Origin: Candidatus Nanoarchaeia archaeon
Lineage (GTDB): Archaea; Nanobdellota; Nanobdellia; Woesearchaeales; JANQNC01
Length of the DNA: 32,000 nucleotides
NCBI GenBank assembly: GCA_028279745.1
Contig: JANQNC010000001.1
Location: forward strand, 420,001 to 452,000
Reading direction: 5' to 3'
Part shown: positions 1 to 8,220 of the stretch, one piece after another
Layout of the letters: every line of letters starts with the position of its first letter
How positions within the stretch are numbered: position 1 is the stretch's first letter
Notes under the pieces: generated by a model
The model's input: the letters and a program-made list of their open reading frames with translations, nothing else
Told to the model about the DNA's origin: nothing
Databases searched by the model: none
Position numbers and translations under genes: made by a program

Positions 1-167
1 AGTGCATCCTTCTCAATAATCTGGTTATAGAAAACTTTCTTTTCCTCTTCAGACATATCTTCTCCAATCAAACTATCAAAACGAGAAGCTTTTTCTTCTA
101 CAGAAAGGTTTGTGCCAACTAATAGATCATACTGCCTAGCTTTCTCTTCTATACTCATATCTGCCAT
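1..167 (-). CDS. hypothetical protein, 5' part only (gene runs off the left edge)
   Basis: ATG at 167-165 (minus strand), frame open to position 1: MADMSIEEKARQYDLLVGTNLSVEEKASRFDSLIGEDMSEEEKKVFYNQIIEKDA... No family recognised. Confidence 0.4.
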   Translation of the reverse strand, partial: MADMSIEEKARQYDLLVGTNLSVEEKASRFDSLIGEDMSEEEKKVFYNQIIEKDA

Positions 168-334
168 CTTACACCAAACCTCAAAGAAATTGAGGGTAAT
201 AAATACCTCTTTTTAATTAAAATTTAAGATTACTAATATTTAAAGGTTACTCTAAAAATTTTCCGACTTTAATCTGTAAACAGTTATTAAGCAAAACTGC
301 CTATAAAGAGTATAGAAAAATTTAAATAAAATAA

Positions 335-354
335 ATGATACTAATTGATATCAT
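335..354. promoter_or_regulatory. inverted repeat ATGATA-N8-TATCAT just upstream of the toxin-like gene (possible TA operator)
   Basis: Arms at 335-340 and 349-354 are reverse complements. It lies between a TTTAAATA TATA-like box (321-328) and the ATG at 366. Function is inferred only. Confidence 0.25.
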
Positions 355-365
355 GGAGTCAATAA

Positions 366-569
366 ATGTTCGAGATAGAAATAAGCAAGCATGCTTTCCT
401 ACAGGCAATAAAAAGAGATATAACTCCAGACTTAGTTGAAAACACATTACAAACAGGAAAACAAACAAGATTCGGAAAAAACTACATAAGATTCACCAGC
501 AAAAAAATAAATTGTGTTGGGGAAATCAAAGGAATGAAAATAAAAATAATAACCATAACAAAAAAATGA
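366..569 (+). CDS. small DUF4258-like toxin candidate (type II TA, toxin-first order)
   Basis: 67 aa. The N-terminal EIEISKHAFLQAIKRDIT and the C-terminal beta-like KIKIITITKK match my memory of the DUF4258 family. Its TGA stop overlaps the next ATG (ATGA at 566-569). Confidence 0.55.
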   Translation: MFEIEISKHAFLQAIKRDITPDLVENTLQTGKQTRFGKNYIRFTSKKINCVGEIKGMKIKIITITKK

Positions 570-862
570 AAAAATGCAGCTGCAATAAAAAAATGAAAGA
601 GTTTGTAGGTAAAACTCCAGATGGAATAAAATACAAATACTTTAGATGCAACTCCTGTGGTGAAGAGATACTAGACATGAAACAGTTACATAAAGTTGCA
701 GAAGAATACAGAATAATGAAAAAATATCACGCAAAACTCTCAAAGTGGGGCCTAAGCGTGGGGTTAAGAATACCAAAGGACATACTAAAAAAACATAACC
801 TCAAACCAAACAAAGAAGTTACAATTATCGACGAAGAAAAAGGATTTAGGGTAATAAGCTAA
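566..862 (+). CDS. antitoxin candidate: YgiT/MqsA-type zinc ribbon fused to an AbrB/SpoVT (MazE-like) domain
   Basis: 98 aa from the internal ATG at 566 (the ORF-track start at 512 would overlap the toxin). C4-x-C6-x21-C28-x2-C31 zinc ribbon; C-terminal LSKWGLSVGLRIPKDILKKHNLKPNKEVTI is typical of AbrB/SpoVT swapped-hairpin DNA binders. Translationally coupled to 366-569. Confidence 0.55.
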   Translation: MKKCSCNKKMKEFVGKTPDGIKYKYFRCNSCGEEILDMKQLHKVAEEYRIMKKYHAKLSKWGLSVGLRIPKDILKKHNLKPNKEVTIIDEEKGFRVIS

Positions 863-1827
863 TATATCTCTTCAGAAATTTCTTTCCTTAAACTATCAAG
901 ATCAGAAACAACTTTTACAGACAACTTAAGTTTAGACAATCTATCATCAGCATCATCAATCAGATCAGTCTTACTCAAATAAACAACAACTGGCTTATCA
1001 AACTCCTTCAAAGAATTAAACAATTTCAACTGATCTTTCAAAGGATAAGACGCTTCTGTCAAGTCAAAAACATAGACAATAACATGCGCAACATACTTCA
1101 AAGCCAAGTAAGCTTGCTTCTCGATATCATTAAGTTTCTCAAAACGATTTAAGCTTCCAGGAGTATCTAAAAGCTGGATCTTCTCTTCATCAATAGAGGT
1201 GTAAGCCATATTAAGCTGTTTAGTTGTGAAAGCATAGTTGCTGATCTTAGCTTTACTTCCGCCAAGCTTATTCAACAAAGTTGATTTTCCAACATTAGGG
1301 AAGCCAAATAAAGCAACACTAAACAGTTTAGTCTTGATTGTAGGGAAAGACCTCATATCTCTCCTAGCCAATTCTAAAAATTCAAGATGAACCTTCAACC
1401 TCTTTAACAAAGAACTTATCCTGCCATAATAAGAACTTTTAAGTTTATTAACCTCATCTAAACTTTTAGCCAACTTGATCTTATAAGAATAGTCTTTATG
1501 AAAATCTGCAAGCTTAGTTATGCCCCAATTAACTGAAGACAAAGCTTTCCTAAAATCACCAATAGAAAAATAACACTTGATAAGATGCATGTAAAAGTCA
1601 TCAAGCTGATCAATCGAAGGAAAAGTCTTAATGATCCTATTAAAGACTTCCTTAAGAGATGACTTAATGGACTTTAGCTTTGTAAGTTCTATGTTTTTCT
1701 GAATATTAAGCCTGTCACCTTTCATCTTAGAAGACCTCAAAGAAGAAGCTTCTTTAGTGGCTCTACTAAAAGCTAAGTCTAAGTAAAATTTAGCGGTTTC
1801 AACCTTTGGAATCTCATTAAAGCCCAT
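859..1827 (-). CDS. NOG1-family GTP-binding protein (archaeal Nog1/COG1084 type)
   Basis: Walker A GFPNVGKST, DTPG and SKTD (NKxD-like) motifs, plus an N-terminal NOG1-type helical domain starting MGFNEIPKVETAKFYLDLAF. Start moved to ATG 1827 because TTTATAAAT (1850-1858) is centred 27 nt upstream of it. Confidence 0.85.
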   Translation of the reverse strand: MGFNEIPKVETAKFYLDLAFSRATKEASSLRSSKMKGDRLNIQKNIELTKLKSIKSSLKEVFNRIIKTFPSIDQLDDFYMHLIKCYFSIGDFRKALSSVNWGITKLADFHKDYSYKIKLAKSLDEVNKLKSSYYGRISSLLKRLKVHLEFLELARRDMRSFPTIKTKLFSVALFGFPNVGKSTLLNKLGGSKAKISNYAFTTKQLNMAYTSIDEEKIQLLDTPGSLNRFEKLNDIEKQAYLALKYVAHVIVYVFDLTEASYPLKDQLKLFNSLKEFDKPVVVYLSKTDLIDDADDRLSKLKLSVKVVSDLDSLRKEISEEIY

Positions 1828-1927
1828 AAAAAGAAGGTTCAGAAAGTGCTTTATAAATGTATATACAAAAACCAAGCAAACCTTTTTAAATGATGACTAA
1901 ATCCAAACAGAAGAGGTAATCAAAAAA

Positions 1928-2446
1928 ATGGTCGATTTTAAAGTTGTAATAGGACACAAGGACAAATCCTTCCAAAGGGAAGTTAAAGATGCAGACACAC
2001 TGCTAGGAATGAAAATAGGACAAAAAGTAAAAGGAGACTCGCTAGGTCTTGAAGGATACGAATTTGAGATAACAGGAGGAAGCGACAAATGCGGATTCCC
2101 AATGAGAAACGATCTTAACGGAGTAAAAAGAACCAAAATTTACTCATCAAAAAGTCAAGGGATAAAATCAAACAGAAAAGGAATAGTAAAAAGAAAATCA
2201 ATGGCAGGAAACACCATCTTTGATGGAACTGCACAGATCAATCTTAAAGTCTTAAAAGAAGGAAAAGAAAAACTAGGTGGAGAAGAAGCACCTAAAGAAG
2301 ACGGAGCAGAAGCTGAAGCCCCAAAAGAAGAAGCTAAAGCAGAAGAGACACCTAAAGAAGAAAAGAAAGAAGAAGCTCCGAAGGAAGACAAAAAAGAAGA
2401 CGCTTCTAAGGAAGAGAAAGAAGAAGCACCAGAAAAGAAAGAATAA
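1928..2446 (+). CDS. rps6e: 30S ribosomal protein S6e with a long K/E/A/P-rich C-terminal tail
   Basis: MVDFKVVIG...GYEFEITGGSDKCGFPMR is the S6e signature. GAGGT lies about 12 nt upstream of the ATG. Residues from about 117 to 172 are a low-complexity tail. Confidence 0.9.
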   Translation: MVDFKVVIGHKDKSFQREVKDADTLLGMKIGQKVKGDSLGLEGYEFEITGGSDKCGFPMRNDLNGVKRTKIYSSKSQGIKSNRKGIVKRKSMAGNTIFDGTAQINLKVLKEGKEKLGGEEAPKEDGAEAEAPKEEAKAEETPKEEKKEEAPKEDKKEDASKEEKEEAPEKKE

Positions 2447-2493
2447 AAATTTTCTTTTCAAACAATTACTTCTTCATTATTTAATTTACAAAA

Positions 2494-3744
2494 ATGCCTG
2501 CTAAAAAAAAAGATATAACTAAAGAACAGCCAGAGGTAAACATAGGACTAATAGGCCATGTAGACCACGGTAAAACTACTTTAACAGAAAGACTATCGGG
2601 CAAATGGACAGACGTGCATTCTGAAGAAGTTAAAAGAGGAATTACGATAAGATTAGGTTATGCAGACACAGTATTCTACAAGTGTTCAAAATGCAAAGGA
2701 AGTGAAGCTTATGGAACAACAGAAAAATGTGAAAAGTGCAAAGGCAAAAGTGTTCCTTTAAGAAAAGTAAGCTTTGTAGATGCACCAGGACACGAAACAC
2801 TGATGGCAACAATGCTCTCAGGAGCGACAATAATGGACGGAGCTCTATTGTTAGTGGCAGCAAACGAGGATTGTCCGCAACCACAAACACAAGAACATAT
2901 TATGGCACTACAAATGGCAGGCATAAAAAATGTGATCGTGCTTCAAAATAAAATTGATCTAGTATCAGAAGAGCAAGCAAAGAAAAACTACAAGCAAATA
3001 AAAGATTTCCTAAAAAACACAGACTACAAAGATGCAGAAATAATACCAATAAGCGCTATGCACAATCTTAACGTAGACATTTTAGTTGAAACCGTAGAGA
3101 AACAAATACCAACACCAAAAAGAGATCCTAAAAAAGATCCTTTGATGTTAGTAGCAAGAAGTTTTGACATCAATAAACCAGGAGCAACACCAGATAACCT
3201 AGTGGGAGGCATCCTAGGTGGAAGTCTGATACAAGGCATACTAAAATCAGGAGAAGAGATAGAGATAAGACCTGGACAAAAAATAGAAAGAGAAGGAAAG
3301 ATAACATACAAACCCATAAAAACAAAAATCAACGCACTAAAAACAGGCGGAAATGATGTTAAAGAAGTTCACCCAGGAGGCTCAATAGGCGTCATGACAA
3401 ACTTAGACCCTTCAGTCGTAGCATCAGATAAATTAACAGGCTCAGTAGTAGGACATACAGACAAACTACCACCCGTACTAATGGAAATAGAGATGGAAGT
3501 TCACCTACTAGAAAGAGTTGTAGGAGCAAAAGACAAACTAGTTGTAGATCCACTAAAAAAATTAGAACCATTAATGCTTAATGTAAACTCCGCAGCAACA
3601 GTAGGAGTGATAACAGAGCTAAGCAAGAAAAAAGTAAAATTAAAACTAAAACTTCCAGTTTGTGCAGACAAAGGAAGCAAAGTAACCATATCAAGAAATG
3701 TCGGAAACAGATGGCGGCTGATAGGATATGGACTAATACAATGA
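2494..3744 (+). CDS. eif2g: translation initiation factor aIF2 gamma subunit
   Basis: GHVDHGKTT (G1), DAPGHE (G3) and NKID (G4) motifs. A CSKC...CEKC zinc knuckle is inserted in the G domain. 416 aa, a typical aIF2-gamma length. Confidence 0.95.
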   Translation: MPAKKKDITKEQPEVNIGLIGHVDHGKTTLTERLSGKWTDVHSEEVKRGITIRLGYADTVFYKCSKCKGSEAYGTTEKCEKCKGKSVPLRKVSFVDAPGHETLMATMLSGATIMDGALLLVAANEDCPQPQTQEHIMALQMAGIKNVIVLQNKIDLVSEEQAKKNYKQIKDFLKNTDYKDAEIIPISAMHNLNVDILVETVEKQIPTPKRDPKKDPLMLVARSFDINKPGATPDNLVGGILGGSLIQGILKSGEEIEIRPGQKIEREGKITYKPIKTKINALKTGGNDVKEVHPGGSIGVMTNLDPSVVASDKLTGSVVGHTDKLPPVLMEIEMEVHLLERVVGAKDKLVVDPLKKLEPLMLNVNSAATVGVITELSKKKVKLKLKLPVCADKGSKVTISRNVGNRWRLIGYGLIQ

Positions 3745-4334
3745 TCTTTCTACAGATAGAAGTTAACGGTTATGACAGAAATTTCACCTATATAGTTGGA
3801 GATGAAGAAACAAAAGAAGCAATAGTTATCGATCCATCAGAAGACGAGGAAAAAGTAGAGAAAGAAGCAAAAGAAAAAGGTCTGACAATAAAATATGTAG
3901 TCAATACACACGGACATTCTGATCACACATCAGGAAACGAATACTTTCTTTCTAAAGGAGCAGAACTAGTTGATGAAAACTTCAAACTAGGTTCAATAGA
4001 CGTAAAGATGATAAGAACACCAGGACACACAGAAGATTCTAAATGTGTCCTAGTTGAGAACAAATTGTTAACAGGAGACACATTATTTGTAGGAAAAATA
4101 GGTGGTGTTTTCTATGAAGGTGGAGAAAAAGTGCAGTGGGAAACACTAGGTGCATTAATGAAACTAGATCCTGAAATAGAGGTGTGGCCAGGACATGATT
4201 ATGGCACTTCTAAAAGTTCTACTATCGGTAAAGAGAAAGAAACAAACCCATTCATACAATGTAAAACTTTTGAAGAATTTGTCTATCTAAAAACACACTG
4301 GGCAGAATACAAAAAAGCACATAACCTAAGTTAA
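3741..4334 (+). CDS. MBL-fold metallo-hydrolase (glyoxalase II-like)
   Basis: HGHSDH (HxHxDH) motif and downstream TPGHT and GH-D motifs. Start at ATG 3741 gives an ATGA overlap with the aIF2-gamma stop. 197 aa. Confidence 0.8.
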   Translation: MIFLQIEVNGYDRNFTYIVGDEETKEAIVIDPSEDEEKVEKEAKEKGLTIKYVVNTHGHSDHTSGNEYFLSKGAELVDENFKLGSIDVKMIRTPGHTEDSKCVLVENKLLTGDTLFVGKIGGVFYEGGEKVQWETLGALMKLDPEIEVWPGHDYGTSKSSTIGKEKETNPFIQCKTFEEFVYLKTHWAEYKKAHNLS

Positions 4335-4897
4335 CGATCAACAAACAGACTATGTTTATCTTTACCTTCTAACTCCAACATAACTCTTTTGATTATAGCT
4401 TTTTCAGGATCAGGCATCAAAGTAACTCTACTCTTAACATCAGCAAAGCTTTCAAACTCTTTCTCTTTTCTTTCTTCAATGATCTGCCACATATGCTTCT
4501 TACCAACTCCCGGCAATAATTCAATCTGATGCATTCTCATACTCAAAGGCTGAGACTTATTGAAGAAGTCAACAAACAAACTCTCATTTTTCTTAACAAT
4601 TTCAGCAACAACATGAGGCAGTTCAGCTTTTGCAGTATTGGTTAATTTTTCAAAAGGTAGCCTTCCATTAATGTGGTGGATGTCATCTCTCTTACCTTCA
4701 CCAATATAGACCTCTTTGTAAGGTTGCAAGAATACATCTTTTTTAGGAACTAATTCCAATAAAACAAACCTGTGAGTTCCAACTGCTTGAACTATTGGAG
4801 TTTTTCTATGAGAAGGTCTTTTGTCAAAAGGATAGCCATTAGGCAAGTAATCTAAAACTATTGCTACATCTTCCTTGTTCTCTTGCTCTTGTTCCAT
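4331..4897 (-). CDS. DUF655-family protein (OB-like N-terminus plus helix-hairpin-helix)
   Basis: VLDYLPNGYP near the N-terminus and the LLPGVGKKHMWQII HhH motif. It sits in the conserved archaeal L21e-RpoF-DUF655 neighbourhood. ATG at 4897; the ORF-track start at 4906 is a TTG. Confidence 0.75.
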   Translation of the reverse strand: MEQEQENKEDVAIVLDYLPNGYPFDKRPSHRKTPIVQAVGTHRFVLLELVPKKDVFLQPYKEVYIGEGKRDDIHHINGRLPFEKLTNTAKAELPHVVAEIVKKNESLFVDFFNKSQPLSMRMHQIELLPGVGKKHMWQIIEERKEKEFESFADVKSRVTLMPDPEKAIIKRVMLELEGKDKHSLFVDR

Positions 4898-4959
4898 TAC
4901 AACCAACCCCTAATAACTCTATTTAGCATATAGTGAGTATATAAACCTTTTGCAAAAAA

Positions 4960-5310
4960 TTACTTAGAAACAAACTTAGCTACTGCGTCAGCTATTTTCT
5001 TCATATTATCCTGGCTCACGTTTAATGTATAACCTTGGAAAAGAACCTTAACATCTTCTAAAGTAGTTGGAAGAATATCCACAACTTTTGTGACATGTTC
5101 AGGTTTAAGTCTTGGAATAGCTAGCTTCTCAATAATTGCTTTCAGTTCTGATGCTTTCGATGCTGACAAAGAAACTGCCTGGTTAAGATAATCCTCACAT
5201 TTACCTGCTCTAAAGTTTAATTCGCCATCTCTCTTCTTAATTTTAGAGAGTTCAGCCTTAACTTCAGCCATAGTCATTGGTTCTTCAGAAAGAACTTTAT
5301 CGTCTGACAT
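4960..5310 (-). CDS. rpoF: DNA-directed RNA polymerase subunit Rpo4/F
   Basis: 116 aa. The sequence (MTMAEVKAELSKIKKRDGELNFRAGKCEDYL...) and its position directly downstream of L21e fit archaeal RpoF. Confidence 0.8.
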   Translation of the reverse strand: MSDDKVLSEEPMTMAEVKAELSKIKKRDGELNFRAGKCEDYLNQAVSLSASKASELKAIIEKLAIPRLKPEHVTKVVDILPTTLEDVKVLFQGYTLNVSQDNMKKIADAVAKFVSK

Positions 5311-5312
5311 TT

Positions 5313-5606
5313 TTATAACCTCTTCAGGTGAACAGCGTGAACAAATAATGTTTTAGCCTTATCAAAATCTTTAATTTCAACTTCGTAAGATGTGTTACCT
5401 TTTCTGTTTTTTACCACTCCAACTTTACCATGGAATCTAGGTAAATACATACCTTTCTGGTATGAAGGATCTGCTTTTAATACAACTTTTTCTCCATCTT
5501 TGAATTCCTGCAAATATCTAGAAATAAATATCTTGCCTTTTTCAGAGATAGATCTCTTTAGCTTGTGTCTTGTTTTCCTTCTAAAACCACCAATTCTAGT
5601 TGTCAT
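5313..5606 (-). CDS. rpl21e: 50S ribosomal protein L21e
   Basis: MTTRIGGFRRKTRHKL...YQKGMYLPRFHGKVGVV is typical of L21e. TTTTATAAA (5629-5637) is centred 27 nt upstream of ATG 5606, implying a leaderless mRNA. The ORF-track start at 5612 is a TTG. Confidence 0.9.
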   Translation of the reverse strand: MTTRIGGFRRKTRHKLKRSISEKGKIFISRYLQEFKDGEKVVLKADPSYQKGMYLPRFHGKVGVVKNRKGNTSYEVEIKDFDKAKTLFVHAVHLKRL

Positions 5607-5774
5607 ATCCAATAGAATTTGCAGGGTATTTATAAAAGTTATTGTTTTTATATAAGAAAAGATTTATAAATAAAAGAGTTGATGGAAAGTATAAAAGAGT
5701 TTTGAGGTAAACACAACTTCAATAGTTGCTATAATCGCAGTTATTGTTATAGGTGTTGTAGCATTCAGAAAACG

Positions 5775-6452
5775 TTAATTTTTTCTTAATAATCTTATTT
5801 CTTCTTCTAACAAGTCTAATCTATCTTTAGGTATGACGCCTTCAATGACCCATACAACATCATCACGTAAAGAAGGAAGTTTAAATGATGAACCTGTAAT
5901 GAGATAATGTTTTGCATCAACATTCTCACCATACAAAGCATTAGTTAAACTTGAAACGTGAAATTCTTTAGTTCTGCCTCTAGCCAAATCAATTTGTTCT
6001 TGAATGTTAGATTGCGTTTCATCCAGATGATTAATATCGACACAGAAATCATGTTTGAACCCCAACATATCATTAAAACTCTGATAACCCACTTTATCTT
6101 TGTCAGAATTTTCCACAACTAAGTTTAGGCCTTCAGGAATATCTTCCAAATTTACGTAGTTATCTGCGTGTATGACAAAGTTCTGGATGTTAAGTAAAGA
6201 TTGAAGTTCTTTTAGCTTAGTGTAAAAGTCTTCTGATTCTTTGAATATTGGCAAATGAACTGTGACAAAATAGTTGTCAAGTTTGTCTTTAAACTTGACA
6301 AACTCCCCCTTTAGAATTTCTTCTTCAGAAAAGTGAAGCTCAACACCATCCAAATCAAGATCTTTAACCAGTTCAAGATAGTTAAGCTGAGAATCAACAC
6401 TAAACTCTTCATCCCAATAGTAAAAGTCTCCCAACGATACTGAAATTTTCAT
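5775..6452 (-). CDS. xylose-isomerase-like TIM-barrel protein (AP endonuclease 2 / sugar phosphate isomerase superfamily), function unknown
   Basis: A periodic beta-strand-end pattern (GVELHF, VTVHLP, FVIHAD, LVVEN, FCVDINH, EFHVS) resembles this fold. There is no closer match from memory. Confidence 0.4.
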   Translation of the reverse strand: MKISVSLGDFYYWDEEFSVDSQLNYLELVKDLDLDGVELHFSEEEILKGEFVKFKDKLDNYFVTVHLPIFKESEDFYTKLKELQSLLNIQNFVIHADNYVNLEDIPEGLNLVVENSDKDKVGYQSFNDMLGFKHDFCVDINHLDETQSNIQEQIDLARGRTKEFHVSSLTNALYGENVDAKHYLITGSSFKLPSLRDDVVWVIEGVIPKDRLDLLEEEIRLLRKN

Positions 6453-6496
6453 AATAAAAAATAAAACTAAGAATTATTTAAAGTTAATCATTATCA

Positions 6497-6838
6497 TCAG
6501 AAAAATGAATCAAACCCCATCGATTTTAAAACTGTCTTGATCTCAAGAATAACCTTCTTTTGATCTTTTTTAGAAGATACTTTAACAAACTTAATCAACA
6601 AGGCAGCAAGTTCATCTTCAGTTCCAAACTTCAAAACTCTACCATCAGTAACAAAATAAAACCTAAAACCAAGATACTTTAATTCTTTAATGACTACTTC
6701 AGCAACATGACCCACTGCTTTACCTTTATTTGGACTTGCTTCTAAAGATTTCATCAAAAGAAATATCTTTTCAGAACCCGACTTGAACCTTTTGAATATA
6801 TCTTCTTTAAGCGAGTTTGTTATTAAGACTTTGGCCAT
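6497..6838 (-). CDS. RelE/ParE-superfamily-like toxin candidate with a C-terminal extension
   Basis: 113 aa. SLEASPNKGKAVGHVAEVVIKELKYLGFRFYFVTDGRVL fits the L-x-x-P-x-x-G ... E-L-[KR]-x-x-x-[FY]-R-x-x-[YF] pattern of RelE/HigB-type toxins. It overlaps the upstream antitoxin-like gene by 16 nt. Confidence 0.4.
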   Translation of the reverse strand: MAKVLITNSLKEDIFKRFKSGSEKIFLLMKSLEASPNKGKAVGHVAEVVIKELKYLGFRFYFVTDGRVLKFGTEDELAALLIKFVKVSSKKDQKKVILEIKTVLKSMGFDSFF

Positions 6839-7029
6839 TTTTTCTTAGCTTGAGAGATCGCTTCATCGACAGTTATAGAATCAGATCCATCATAAAGAAA
6901 AGACATGAGCATAGTCTTTCTTGCAACCTCATACATCCGTCTTATAACCTCCTCATAAGACTCCCCAGCACGTCCAAGATTCCTTAATTTATCCTTCATA
7001 TCTTCAGATATGGCTATTGTAGTTGTCAT
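6823..7029 (-). CDS. putative antitoxin (archaeal VapB-like, DUF217/PF02697-type)
   Basis: 68 aa. MTTTIAISEDMKDKLRNLGRAGESYEEVIRRM matches the T-I-x-I-x-[DE]-x-x-x-x-x-L...ES[FY]-x-x-V-I-x-R-[LM] pattern I recall for this family. A TATA box lies about 26 nt upstream of the ATG. Confidence 0.55.
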   Translation of the reverse strand: MTTTIAISEDMKDKLRNLGRAGESYEEVIRRMYEVARKTMLMSFLYDGSDSITVDEAISQAKKKWPKS

Positions 7030-7134
7030 AAGTTCTATATATCCTATAATATATATAAACTTTTCGAAACAGTATAAAAACTAAACATTTAAATAATACA
7101 AAAAATGAATTTATACAAAAAGAGGTGAAATCTA

Positions 7135-7863
7135 GTGAAGATAGAGTTACACGAACATCCACAAAAACCAATAATAATAGAAGGTTTTCCAGGTGTTGGC
7201 TTGGTTGGAACAATAGCAACAGAATTCTTAATAGATCATCTTAATGCAAAACAAATCGGGAATATATGGAGTGACGAACTGCCTCCTTTAACAGCAATAC
7301 ACGATAACAAAGTCGTACAGCCATTAGGTGTTTTTTACGATGAGAAACACAACATAGTAATATTGCATGCAATCTCAGGAGTTCAGGGACTTGAATGGCA
7401 AGTGGCAGATGAACTGCTTACAATAGCAAAAGATCTTGAAGCTTATGAACTAATCTCATTAGAAAGTGTAGGCACAATGGTTCAACCACAAGAAGGACAA
7501 CCAGAACCAGAGTCAAAAAGTTTTTTCTACACAAACAAAGAAGACTCAGCAAAAAAGTTAGAAGAAAGCGGTGCAGAAAAACTAAAAGAAGGGATCATAA
7601 TGGGGGTTACTGGGGCTTTATTGTTGAAGGCAAAAGTAAGACACACCTGCATATTCGCAGAGACACACTCACAATTACCCGACTCAAAAGCAGCAGCAAA
7701 AATAATCGAATTACTAAATCATTATTTAGGTCTTAACATCGATGTGCAACCATTACTTGAGTCAGCACAGAAGTTTGAAGCTAAACTTAAAACTCTACTA
7801 GAACAAGGAATGCAAGCACAAAAAGAGAAAAAAGACAAAGATAAATTGAGTTATTTGGGTTAA
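7135..7863 (+). CDS. PAC2-family proteasome assembly chaperone
   Basis: PIIIEGFPGVGLVGTIATEFLIDHL N-terminal motif, 242 aa. GTG start with GAGGTGA 6 nt upstream. Confidence 0.8.
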   Translation: MKIELHEHPQKPIIIEGFPGVGLVGTIATEFLIDHLNAKQIGNIWSDELPPLTAIHDNKVVQPLGVFYDEKHNIVILHAISGVQGLEWQVADELLTIAKDLEAYELISLESVGTMVQPQEGQPEPESKSFFYTNKEDSAKKLEESGAEKLKEGIIMGVTGALLLKAKVRHTCIFAETHSQLPDSKAAAKIIELLNHYLGLNIDVQPLLESAQKFEAKLKTLLEQGMQAQKEKKDKDKLSYLG

Positions 7864-7949
7864 TTTCTAGTATTTTTTTTGAAAAGTGAGATTAAAGAAA
7901 AATCATCCTAATTTTTTTCTATACACAAAAATTTTCAATTTTTGGTAGC

Positions 7950-7972
7950 AAAAGAATTCTAAGAATTCTTTT
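7950..7972. repeat. perfect 11-1-11 palindrome AAAAGAATTCT-A-AGAATTCTTTT (function unknown)
   Basis: Read directly from the sequence: 7950-7960 is the reverse complement of 7962-7972. It lies in a 350-bp AT-rich intergenic region. Confidence 0.8.
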
Positions 7973-8040
7973 CTATATAGAAAATAATTCCATAAAACTT
8001 TTAATTTTTGATGAATATTTTTAATCATAATTGTAACTAA

Positions 8041-8146
8041 AACTTATAATCAAATATTAAATGTTTTAACTACCCTTATGCCAATAACTTTTAATCAAAT
8101 CTTAAAATTTATTGATAATCTTAATAACTGAAACTTATAAGCATAA
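8041..8146 (+). repeat. three 15-bp direct repeats AACTT(A/T)TAA(T/G)CA(A/T)A(T/A) at 45-46 bp spacing
   Basis: 8041-8055 aacttataatcaaat, 8086-8100 aacttttaatcaaat (14/15 identical) and 8132-8146 aacttataagcataa (12/15). They lie upstream of the 8221 gene. Confidence 0.65.
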
Positions 8147-8220
8147 GCTAAAATTTGTTAGATATTTAGACATATTACCGAAATATTTATATACTTATAC
8201 CTTATCACTTAATAGTGACA

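Noticed and set aside
512-565. Upstream extension of the antitoxin-like ORF (ORF-track start 512)
   Set aside because: The extension would overlap the toxin-like gene by 58 nt and encodes N/K-rich filler. The ATG at 566 forms a classic ATGA coupling with the toxin stop.
1828-1875. 16-codon N-terminal extension of the NOG1-type GTPase
   Set aside because: The extension would start inside the TATA box region. Homologs begin with the M-x-F-x-x-I-P motif found at ATG 1827.
2155-2504. Three ORFs (2155-2391 minus, 2273-2461 minus, 2277-2504 plus) over the S6e tail
   Set aside because: They are alternative-frame or antisense readings of the GAA/AAG-rich low-complexity tail (S/F-rich or K/R-rich products). 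The S6e frame is continuous with a conserved domain.
5695-5778. TM-helix-like peptide (…NTTSIVAIIAVIVIGVVAFRKR*) between L21e and the TIM-barrel gene
   Set aside because: The open frame begins right after a stop at 5692-5694 and contains no ATG, GTG or TTG before the hydrophobic stretch, so it cannot be translated as it stands. It may be a remnant.
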